Below are positions 43,243 through 55,500 of a stretch of 64,000 nt of DNA, piece by piece. The position numbers and the translations under genes were made by a program. Position 1 is the first letter of the stretch; every line of letters starts with the position of its first letter. Source of the DNA: Paramecium tetraurelia (taxonomy: Eukaryota); the NCBI GenBank assembly GCA_000165425.1, contig CT868629.1, positions 186,001 to 250,000 of the forward strand, written 5' to 3'. The notes under the pieces are model-generated. The model was not told where the DNA came from and made no database searches. It saw nothing but the letters and a program-made list of their open reading frames with translations.

Positions 43243-45629
43243 ATGGAATTTGTAACAGCATTAGTGTTCATTTTCATCGCCTGTGCTTGTGGCATAGTTT
43301 GGGCCATATTCAATTGGATGGCTGTGCACAAACTGGAAATCCATCACAAACATGAAGGATTAACAGAATTACTTTAGGGAGCAGAATAAGAAAAGATTGA
43401 GACCTTGCTCGAGATAGGAGAACACATATAAGATGTATTAGATTTAGTTAATTTAAGGGTGCATAAGCATTTTTAAAGGAAGAATATTCAGATTGCTCTG
43501 TATTTTTAGCAGTCATGGCAGTATTGTTGATTGTATGTGAATTTATCATAATGTTAGTTTATTTCCCCATGGTCATCTTTGGCTTTTGTATTGGGAGCAG
43601 CAACATCGATGCTTTGTGGTTATTTGGGTATGGCAATCGCAACAGCAGCAAACTATAGAACAGCATTTTCAGCCATCACATCTTTAGCGAATGCATTTTA
43701 AGTATATACAAATTTAGAAATTATTAGATGGCCTATAGAGGAGGATGTGTGATGGGATTCTTATTGGTTTCGATATCATTGGCAATTCTCTCACTAATCA
43801 TAATTATATACAATGCTATAATTGTTAAAAGTGACGATAACAATTATGAGGACTTGGTAAGAATGTTTGATTATGTTGCTGCTTATGGATTGGGTGGATC
43901 AACATTTGCCTTGTTTGGTAGAGTAGGTGGTGGAATATATACAAAGGCTGCAGATGTTGGAGCCGACTTGGTTGGTAAGGTCGAGAAGAATTTACCAGAA
44001 GACAGTCCTAAAGTACTAAATATCAAATTAATATTTATAGAATCCAGCCACAATTGCAGATAATGTGGGTGACAATGTTGGTGATATTGCAGGAATGGGA
44101 GCTGATTTGTTTGGATCATTTGCTGAATCTACCTGTGCTGCCTTAGTAGTTTCATCAACTCAATTAAGAGTCCCATCTGAAGGTGGCTATTCGATTGAAA
44201 TTGGATAATTGATGTATCCTTTGATGGTTTCAGCATTCGGAATTGGAATCTGCATATTAGTATCTGCTTATGCTGTTTACATTTCAAAAGTAAATCATAT
44301 TAACAAAATTGAATCTACTTTGAAACTTTAATTGTTACTTTCAACTATCGCCTTATCCCCAATTATTATCGGCATTGCTTATTGGGCTCTACCTGCTGAT
44401 TTTGTAATGATAGCTGCAGATGGTTCAGTTCAATTAGCAGATCTAAAGCCATATCATGCCTTCATTTGTTCCTTACTCGGGTTATGGTCAGGATTGTTGA
44501 TTGGTTATTTCACTGAATATATGACTTCACATTCTTACACTCCCGTAAGAGAAGTGGCCAAGTCTTGTGGTACAGGAGCAGCCACCAATATTATTTATGG
44601 TCTTGCATTGGGATATCTCTCAACAATAGTCCCAATCATAGCCATAGCAGTGACTGCATTATTATCAATGAAAATGCTCTCATTTTATGGCGTTGCATTG
44701 GCTGCCTTGGGAATGTTATCCAATCTAACTATAGGATTGGCTATTGATGCATATGGACCCATTTCTGATAATGCTGGTGGTATTGCTGAAATGAGTGAAT
44801 TGGGAGAAAATGTCAGAGAATCTACTGATGCCTTAGATGCAGCTGGTAACACAACCGCAGCTATTGGTAAAGGATTCGCCATTGGATCAGCTGCCTTAGT
44901 ATCATTGTCACTTTATGGTGGATATTTAACAAGAATATAGACCTACAAAGTAGGCGATGAATTCCCATTCTCAGAAGGTGCTAAAATTGATGATCCCATC
45001 ATTTTTGCTATGTTGTTGATCGGTGCTATGTTACCATATGCATTTTCAGCCTTTACTATGAAATCAGTAGGAAAAGCTGCTCTTTAAATGGTCGAGGAAG
45101 TACGTAGATAATTACATGAACACCCAGGAATCTATGCAGGAACTGAAGAACCTGACTTTAGAGCTTGTATTGCAATCTCAACCAAGGCATCATTAAAGGA
45201 GATGATTCCCCCAGGATTACTTGTAAAACATTGAATATTATATCATTATAGGTCATTGTGACTCCTACTGCAGTTGGATTACTCTTTGGACCATAGGCTG
45301 TGGCTGGTTTATTGCCAGGAGCATTTGTAAGTGGAGTATAAATGGCTATTTCTGCATCAAATACTGGAGGTGCTTGGGATAATGCTAAGAAATATATAGA
45401 AGCTGGTTTCTATAGAAATGATGCTGGTGAAGTTAAGAAGAAAGGCTCAGATGAACACAAAGCAGCTGTTATTGGTATATGATATTATATTATTTTAGGT
45501 GATACTGTGGGAGATCCTCTCAAAGATACTTCAGGACCATCATTGAATATTCTAATTAAATTGATGGCAATCCTTTCGTTAGTATTGGCAGGAGCATTTT
45601 GTAAAACTGGATGGTTGTATTAAGGATGA
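43243..45629 (+). CDS. Vacuolar-type H+-translocating pyrophosphatase (K+-dependent signature)
   Basis: [96 protein letters not shown]. Confidence 0.97.
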
Positions 45630-46133
45630 TCACATATAATTTAATTTATTCAAATAAATATCAACAATTATTAAACTATCGTATTGGATTCTAAACTCAA
45701 AGCATAAAATCACAATTTGAACAATTAGAAACACATACCTTTGAGTGAGGATTCTAATGAAGATTTCAAAATTAAATGATGCTTAAAAATCTAGGATGCT
45801 CTATCGATTATTATGCTGTTCATTGGACGATGATCCAAGAGACTATACAGTTTTAGATTACAAAAATATTTGCAAATTGTATTTTAAGTACTTAAGTTGA
45901 TGGATCCATTATTGACTCGGTCTCTAGTTAAAGGATACCGAAGATACTAGGATAAAAAATGCAGGAATAGGAATAGATGTAAGATTATGGGAAGAGAGTG
46001 TAACATTCCAAGAAGGTATAAAATTGAATAAAATAGCCAGAGGTAAAATCAACTCTATCAAAATATATATGGGCGTACCAGTTGTTTATACCTAATACGT
46101 TGTAGTAAAAATGTAATCAAAGTGAAAACAATG

Positions 46134-46174
46134 ATGTTTGAACAGTATAAGGGAACTTTACGCTGTTCAAACAT
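46134..46174. repeat. Inverted repeat / hairpin with perfect 12-bp arms
   Basis: ATGTTTGAACAG (46134-46145) and CTGTTCAAACAT (46163-46174); the 17-nt spacer can extend the stem with G-U pairs. Confidence 0.85.
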
Positions 46175-46513
46175 TTGACTTAGGATGTTCTTACTCTATG
46201 AAAATAACTAACCTAAAAACCCTATACCATGATTGACAAAAAAAGCCAAGGCATTATTGTATTCTATCTAATCAGTACCCGAAACCCTGTTTAAACTTGA
46301 AGATTGATATAAATTACCCTCAAAAATTTATTTATTGAAAGAGTCAATAAAACTTTCTATTAATCTTTATTAAATATTGAACATTTTTGTGACATTTTGA
46401 GAGTTTGTATGAGGTCTAATATTAGTACTTAATTTTTGAAGTTCATTTATAATGAAATCAACTCCAAAAGATGATAAGTGAAAATATGAAAATATTAAAG
46501 TTATATACATTTA

Positions 46514-46924
46514 TCATAGATCTTCTATTTAAAAACTTTATTTCTCCTTGATGAACTCTTTCAAATCTTTTAGTGTACGATCTCTTTAGTATTTAATTAT
46601 TTCAAGTTTTCCTCCTTTTTTTTTATAGAATAATAAAGTGGGGAATCCCTTAACTTCTACTAAGTCAGTCTTATGTTTAGTCCAATCCATCTCAGCTATC
46701 ACCACATACTCACTATATGCGTATATTTTTGCTAAAGCTTTGTATATTTCATCCATATTTTTGCAAAGACTGCACCAGGGTAGATGGAATTTCACTAAAA
46801 CATCTTGTTTTGAATCCAAAACGATAGATTTGAAATTATCTGATGTTAATTAAACGACCTATTCTTTAATGTCATTTTCAGCCAACACTGTCATAAATAT
46901 GACCAATAGTACTAAATATTTCAT
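46514..46924 (-). CDS. Single-domain secretory-pathway thioredoxin/PDI-like protein (136 aa)
   Basis: Signal peptide MKYLVLLVIFMTVLA; VVQLTSDNF, VKFHLPWCSLCK, VKGFPTL; C-terminal IEDL. Confidence 0.9.
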
Positions 46925-48089
46925 TTGAAAATATAAATATTTAGAAATTATTTATTAAATAAATTTATATAGATAATATTTTTTCAATACTTGTCATCTT
47001 TCATATATAACTTGTAATTAAGAATAATTATAATTTTATTAATTAAATTTCTTACAAAATTGATTATCTCACTTTGTGGATACTAGTATATAAATTTATA
47101 ACATATGTTTTTTTAATAATCTAAGACATAAATAAAATAAGAATAATATTTCCAGAAATCTTTGTAATAAACTCATAAATTTGTGTTTTTATACTCTGGC
47201 AATAATAATAAATTGTATTCACCTATAGAGATTAATTTATTTTAGAAATTTATTTTAATACTACCTCTCAAAATCTCACAGAGTGTCATAATTTCAACTT
47301 TTTTATAAGGTTTTTCTCATATAACTGTATCCCATACTTCCTTAACAAAATTGTGGGATTCTTAGATTGTTGAGAATAAGTAAGCCGATTTATACAATAA
47401 ATATGAATATGTCATTGAAAATTATAATTGCATCCTATTGAAATATTCTTTTCTCTAACAACTTTCCGATTATATCAAGAGAAGATTCTGCTGATATATT
47501 AAATTTATATACAATGTATAATATATGTATATATTAACATATATTACAATATAATTAAAAATGACAATAAGAATGAATAGAAAAGTACAAAGGTCTTGAA
47601 AATTGTGATTTATAGTTTGTTTGTTTCGTTAATGTTAAGTGAATAAGGTCAAAAATTAATGATTCATTTGATGACTGCTTTCTTAGGCATTTTAATTACA
47701 AAGCAATTAAGGGAACCCACCCTGGAGGTGACATATTTAAATTATCCGCTGCTAAGAGCAAAAGAAATAGGGTTGTCATCCATCCTCAATCATAGGGGTA
47801 AACTATCAATAATTCATACTTAATAGAGAGATATTATTAAACTTCAGGCATTTTAAATGAGGAAAAATAATTAACAAAAAATAGCCAGTTATTTTTTAAT
47901 ACTAACTGCTTGAATTAAAACTTGTTGCTCTAATCGATCTAACTCTACTTTGATAACCATGGCTTTAGAAAAGTGAGTATCTACTGTTTAATTTGATATT
48001 AGAAACGAGATTTTGGCATAGTTGTATGATATAAATACGAATGGATTTTTCTTTTGTAAAATAACATTTTAATTAAATTAACACAATCA

Positions 48090-48378
48090 ATGGGATCTTG
48101 CTCCTCAAAAAAAGTATAAACACATCATACTCTGCCTCTCAACACTTAGACAACATGTGCTTACGCTCATTCTCGAATGACTTGGGCAGATAAATGCATA
48201 CAGCAACCAAAAGAACGAATAATTCAACCCTACGACCCTAACAGTTCAAATACAATTTATATCATTAGGTCTCCAACATTAGTATAATGTAGAAGTAGAA
48301 GGCGTAATTTTTGACATCATAGCCCCTCCAGACCTTTTGGATGATGATAACTTAGAACCTATTGAAGAAGAAGAATGA
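48090..48378 (+). CDS. Small (87 aa) putatively N-myristoylated protein with an acidic tail
   Basis: MGSCSSKKV...; a 25-nt intron (48244-48268) restores the frame to VEVEGVIFDIIAPPDLLDDDNLEPIEEEE*. Confidence 0.7.
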
Positions 48379-48993
48379 GCTTGAATTTTTTTGATACCCA
48401 CTTCGTATCTATATATGAAATTTAATTATAACATTTATCTTTGTGGTCATCCTAGAAAAGAAAACAAGCTTAATTTTAATTTTCTCTAGAAAACATGTTC
48501 TCAAAAATCAGAACTCAAGAATATTCTTGTATTCGAGGGAAGTTACAATAGAAATCAAAAACAGGATATCTATCCAAAAAATAAGGAATTGAACACATTT
48601 TAAAGTTCTTATGATTTTTTTTTGAATATTTTTATGCTGAAATTTAATATATTGTTGATTATATCTAAATTGAAGATGCCATTAGGGATCATGATGGAAA
48701 TTTTGTGTTTTTTATAGTAAATATATCCCAATATAAACTCTTATGAACTAGAAATTTTTATAAAATATTCTATAAGTGTAATTTCCCCATAAATTAATAG
48801 CAAAATTCATTTTTTCAATAATATCTTTACTTTATTAAAGGTTATAAATTGTCATCAATTTTTATATCATGATAATTTGTTTAATTGATAGTGCATGAAG
48901 CTATAAGTTGATAGACTAATAAAATCACTGAAATAACGCTCTAATTAATAAAAAAATTAATATAAAAAAAGCAGAAAATAAATACTTAATAAT

Positions 48994-50947
48994 TCAATTT
49001 GTTGTTTTTAAATTCTAAATATAATTGCAGTAGTATGCTTCTGAAATATTCCATCTTGCTTCCATGTTATAAGTCAAACATTTCGTAATGAAATCTTTGC
49101 ATTCTTGTGAAATATTTGGTTTCTAAGGAAATTTAACCTAATAAGAGTTTAAAATCACTCTTTCCTAAATGATAATCATAAATGTTACCTAAGCTATTCT
49201 TTCCTAGGACATACCATCTCCAAACGGTTTTTTGCCATAAACCATTTCAAATAAAATAACTCCAACCGACCATACATCAACTTTAGTACTAATTTAAATG
49301 TTTTGCTGTTCCAAAAAGCATTCTGGAGGCAAGTACCAATACGTTCCTAATCCTTGGGAAGTTAATTCCTGTCTAGTGGTATCGTAGTCTAAAACCTTAC
49401 ACAACCCAAAATCAGTAATCTTGACTTCACCCTTATGAAATAAAATATTTTGCGGTTTCAAATCATAATGGATGATTTTAGTAGGACTGCAACTCATGTA
49501 ATGTAATGCTGCCAACACTTGACGAATAATGAGCTTTGCTTCCTTTTCTGCTAAGATTTTATACTTCTTCAAATGCTAATTTAAATCTGTTCCATCACAA
49601 AATTCCAATACTGTACTATTTGTTATAATTATGATTTCAATACCAAAAGGAATCTTAATCGATCTCTTAAGTGTCATATAAGGATACTATATTAATATGT
49701 TTCAATCTCTTGTGAATATCATTCTCCCTGAGTGCATGTTTGATGTAATTATTTTTTGCATTTTCATTCCATTATGGATTTAAATAATGAATTTTACAAG
49801 CACAAACTCTAAATTCTTGTAAATCAAATGATTTGTAAACTTCAGAGAATCCTCCTTTGCCCAACAACCCTAAAGTTTAGTATCTCTAAGCAATCAATGG
49901 CCATTTTGGTTCTGCCCTATAATATCGACAACTAAATATAGTGTAGAGTGTTTACCCCTGTTCTTCCATGAATCTCCTTGTTTTGTATGCCAATTATTGC
50001 TTCTCTTCTTCTAGTTTTTATAGTTTCAATCTCAGTTCTTCTTCTTCTTTCTTGAGAATGCTCAATTGGAACTAGATTCTGAGTTTCCTTTGATTGTTAT
50101 CTAAATCTCCATTCTATAGGTCTAAATCAAAGAGTAGTTTAGTTTATTTATCTTTTTGTATCTTTGATAAGGATTTGTCTTTAATTTCATTTTTTTATTT
50201 TTCTAATTCATTTCTTTCATTTTCTAATTTTTATAAATTTTATTTAACTTATTTAATTTCATAACCATCTTACCATTCCTCTACAAACCTCACATTATTT
50301 CTAGAACTAACAAACTCACCCAATCTATAACGTTCCCTCTCGAGATATTCCCTCATTTTTTCCCGCTTTAATTCCTCTACTTATTTTAAGGCCTCTGCAA
50401 ACACTACTTATGTTCTCTTCTTAAAAGCATTGTGCTATTGAATTAACTCTTAACGCTCGTTTTCTAGTTGCTGTTTCTCCTATCTTAATTGCTTTTCCAC
50501 TTATTCTTTCTCCATCAATTTTTATTACAATTTGTTGGCTTCATCATCATTCTGTTTTTAAACTGATTACAAAATAACTTTACTGTCCTTTGGCTTAACA
50601 AATGAACTTTTATCATTCCCTTAAGCTTTTTGCTTACCTTCTTCTGTGTTTTTTAACTACAATGCTTTACTCTAATTGCCCGCTTCATTGCTGACATCTT
50701 TGTTTGATTTCAAGTATTTGTAGATCGTTTAACAATTTGGTGGATTAGTTAATTGTAATTAAATGTTATCATTGGATGATTCATCATCACTTTTTAATTT
50801 GAGAGACATCTTTTTCTTCGGTAACTCTGAATCCATCTTTCTCTTCCTGCTTATTCTTTGTCTATCCTGTGAATTTTCAGGATTTTGGTTAAAATAATGG
50901 GTTATCAACTATTATCCTGAATTCGACTATTGTATTTCTTCTGACAT
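48994..50947 (-). CDS. TLK: Tousled-like serine/threonine kinase
   Basis: Coiled-coil N-terminus; [71 protein letters not shown]. Confidence 0.93.
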
Positions 50948-51047
50948 TTTAGTGTGTTTTTTATTATTATTATTATTTGTACGCACCTCAACATAAAATG
51001 ATAATAAGAATTAAGAAATAATACAAAAAAGGTTCAATACTATAAAA

Positions 51048-51835
51048 TCAAATTCTCTTTTTTGAACCCTAAATTGAGCCATCATTTTTTTAAGCCCTCC
51101 TCTACGATATAAGTTTTCCATAAGCCTTCATCACCTTCTCTCCTTCCTCCTTCTTCTTTGGATCATTCGCCATCAAAGCATCCAACAACTTCTATCTCCT
51201 TATTGTACTTATGATCAAACTAAAAGGCAGATTCTTATTAATTGGTTAATTGCTCCCGTGTCCTAAACGCCCATTTATCATGTCTCAATATTAATAGACT
51301 CTCTTACCTTTAAAAAAGTCAATCACCATTGTCTCCTTTGAATTGCTTTTGCCATCTCCGTTTTTATTTTTAATAATTTCCAAGAATTCTTTAAATTCAA
51401 TAGAACCATCATCATCAACTGTGTAAATGAGCTTCTTAACATCCTCTCGTGATTCGGCTATGCCCAACGAGATCAACGGTTCCTCCAATTCATCTATGCC
51501 AATCGACTCTAATCATTTTAATTGCAACTTTATACTTGATCCGTCCTCATCCAAAGAGTTGAAGTATTGTTTTAATTGAGAACGCTCTTTGTCATTAAAG
51601 TCAATCAAATGCTTATTCTTTCTCTTCAATAGCCAGTGTCTCAACATTGCCTCTTACTTCACCTTAGTAATCAAAGCTTTACCAGTTTCGAATCTTACTC
51701 ATAAAATTCTTTTATTCTCTTATTCTTCTTCGCTATCAGCTCCTCATATGTTATATTCTCCAATCCTTATGTTTTTATCATTTCTCCAATCTATTCATTT
51801 GAATAATTCGTAAAGTCCATGTTATCATAATCCAT
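51048..51835 (-). CDS. EF-hand calcium-binding protein (calmodulin/centrin-related)
   Basis: YFNSLDEDGSKSIGIDEL and VDDDGSIEFKEFL; three introns including 20-nt and 27-nt ones. Confidence 0.85.
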
Positions 51836-52535
51836 TTTATATTATATATATCAAATTATAAACAAACATATTTTATGCTATTCATTATATCTTTAATACC
51901 ATATGAATATCATCACAGTTATAAAGTTATGAATATCCAAAATTTAGTGAAAACCTCAATTACTTAATGACAGATATGCAAATTTAATATACACATTGGT
52001 ATAATATTGAAATTCATGATTGATTAGGATATAAATCTGGAAAATCTTCAGAACTTATAAGACTCTTATTTTAATATTTTCTTTAGTATCTCTTTTCTTC
52101 TACCTTGACTGAAAAAATAATAAATTATATATCTAAAATATTAAGGTTTAGATTATTCTTTGCTAACTCAATTGTTTTGAAATATTTGGTTTAAAAAAAT
52201 CGTCCAAAATACGAATTAAGCGATTTCATAAATTAATTATGAAGTTTATATAATTAAATTTCTTATGAAATGTGAAGAACTCAAATAATTGCAGCATCTT
52301 TAATAATTTATAATTATTTTAGTAGTTATTTCCCATAACTCAATAAACATCTTTAATTAATAAATGTTCACGATAATGTATTCAAAAGAGTTATTTCTTT
52401 ATCATAGTTAAATATATATTAATAACATTAAAGAACTCTTATATACGTCTATAAGATTTGCTTATCAATTTTTATGAATTCAAAAAAAGTAACAAAACAT
52501 TTCTTATACGTATTTATTAAAATAACTCATCATAC

Positions 52536-55500
52536 TCATTATTATGGCTTCTCGGATATTCTAAAACTGTTTCCAGGAGTAATTGGTGGTATCAACTCTA
52601 ACATAGATGGGATTTATTGCTAAAGTTTTGAATACTTTTCTCTCCATCCTTCATTATCCTAGAAATAGTATAATAATTACTTGCAATAGATCTTCGCTGC
52701 TCTTACTTAAACGTTCTATTTCAACATTTAATTAACTTATAATATTTCTAAGTAAGTTCAATTCACTTTCATTTGATGTCACCTTTCTTTTCCATCTTTC
52801 TATTTCCAACTCTTAACCTGCTAATTTATTGTTTGATTCTAATTTTTCATTATACAATTTTTCTTAGTCTTAGGTTAGTTTTTGGAATCTTCTTCTCCAA
52901 TCTTCAACTTCTTTTTCTCTTGCTTCAACTGTCTTCTCTAATATCTTGTAATCTAACTTCTCATTCTCTAATAATTATAATTAATATTGAGTGTTCTGTT
53001 TTTGCATGTTCTCCAATTCTATATTTTTCTAACCAATAACCTCATTCAAATAATTCACATGTTAGGTCAATTTATTCAATTCATTTTACAAATCATTCCA
53101 TTGATCATCCTCCTTCTTGTTATCCTTCAATTGAATCTCATATTACTTTGTGACTTATCTATATTAATGGATATCATCCTCTTTACTTCTTAAAACATTC
53201 AATAATCTATTAATTTCTTCTTATTATTATTCTTAATTAATTTATTCTTAATTCAATTGTTTCTTCTTATCTTCCAATTATCTTTATAACTAGATTATTT
53301 GTTATTTCAACTCATCAATTTATTGAATCTACTTTTAAATTTATTCAAACAATCGTTTATTTTCGACTGTTAATGGTTGTAATTAATCAATCAATTGTTC
53401 ATTTTAATGAATTTGTTATTTGTTCAATTCTAATTCTTAATTTTTATTCTTAAGCATGACCTTCAATCTTTCAATTTCACTAGACATCATAGCACATTTA
53501 TTCTCCAATTTCTCTTATTCTCTCCTTGTCTAATCATACTGATTCTATAACTACTAATGCTTATCACTTAAATCCTAGTATTTTTCGATTTCTTAATAGA
53601 ATAGTTCCTATAACTTTCTGAATTCCTATTCAATTTATTGTAATCTCTTTATATCAATATCCTTATTATCTAAATCTCTTAATAATTTATCCTATTGTGT
53701 TTGTAATTCCCTTATGTTTGCAACCAACTTTTAATTATTTTGAGTAAGATCCTCAATATCATTTTATTATTGTTTAATAATCATCTCCAAATTTTATTAA
53801 TCTTTTAATTCGATTTTGAATTAATCTATCTTCTTTCTATAATCTTCATTTTATTAAGAACGTTCATTTTCCAGATCTTAAAATCTTGTCTACCATAAGC
53901 TGATCTCTCTATTATCATTATTTATTATTTCTCTGAGAAGTGTCACTTATTATTCTAATGGTTACAATTTGATAATATTTTATTCTAATTAACTAATTTA
54001 AGCATTAAGAATATCGTTCTATAACTTTAATTCATTATTATCTTTCTCCAAGGAATTAATCTTACCGATCTAATCGTTTATCCTTTCCTCAAATTCAGGA
54101 TATGAATCCAGCTTGTGTCTTTGAGTATTGATAGTCAATTCTAAAGAATTCAAATGCAATAAAAGAGATGCTATCTGTTTGTTAAGATTATTATTAAATA
54201 TCTTCAATCTTTATAATTCGTTCTTCTAATTGGCATCTTATTCTCTTGATTTCTCTATCTATTATTCATAAGACTATATCACAATTTGAATCTTATCTAA
54301 ATCTGTTTTAAGTTACTCACATTCCTTAACCTTCTTATTGAAAGCTATTCTTAATTAATTTGTATCTGACTCACTTGTCTACAAAGCCTATAATTCACTA
54401 AGAATATCTTGTTTCTTTCTATCCACATTTTAGAGATCCTTAACTAACTACCCATTGATATCCAGTTATTTCTTCAATTCAGATTCCAAAATCTGTATTC
54501 TTTATTCCAATTCACTAATCTAGTCATCCTTAGTATCATCTATTTCCATTTCAAGTTCAACAATCTTCTATCTCATCTTTTCCACAGTATCTGACTTTTA
54601 TTATACAAATTTTGCCTATGGATTATCCGACTTAATGCTCTTTTGTCTATTTAATTCATTAAATGCTCCAATTAATCGGGCAACTCTTGATTATGAAAGA
54701 ATGAGCTCCTAATATAGTTGAAGAGCCTTTTCCTTTTGTTATTCCTTTTCAATCTTGTAGCCTTCGATTTGATGAACTTCAAGAGTCAAGGAAAAGATCT
54801 TGGATCTTTATTATTCAATTTCCTATCCTTGTTCTAAACTCTTGTTTTCTAATTATTATATAGTTGCTTTTTGTCCTTCACATCTCAAGACTAACTATTT
54901 GTATTTGTCATTAATATTTTGCAATTAAGTGTTTTATTATTCTGAAGTTAGATATTTGTTTTTCCATAACTCAGATTCTTATCGTTTCTATTATAATAGT
55001 TAATTTAAGGCATCTAGCTCTCTTTAAGTGGTTTATATTTCAAACTTTCTATTTCTTAATAATGACTCATTGTTTAATTCCTAGGATATCAATTAATTTT
55101 ATAATTTCTCAATCTATTTATTGTCTTATATGACAACTTTTTCAATTCTCTTAATGACAGGTGCTCCCTCAATCTTAATCTACCCCAATTCAAAGTTATT
55201 GTTGAAGTTTTTCAATTCCTCTTAAAGTTTAATAATTCTTTATTATGAAACATCTAACAATCTCTATAATCTACTAATTTCAGAACAATTCTAGTTATAT
55301 TTTTCTCTCCATTGTTCAGATCCACCCAATGTCTCTTAAAGTTCTTATCTAAGTGATTGTATTGTGCTTTATTATGATTTCACTCTTGCCTCATACTTTG
55401 ATAATAAATTAATTCTAATCTTGCTATCATTCAACTCATTCTATAATTCGTTTCTATTTTATTTTAATTATTGTATTTGTAAGGCTTACTCTTTAACCAA

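Noticed and set aside
46128..46180. SECIS element interpretation of the hairpin
   Set aside because: The GA quartet is out of register and no adjacent same-strand selenoprotein ORF is present; kept only as a generic hairpin.
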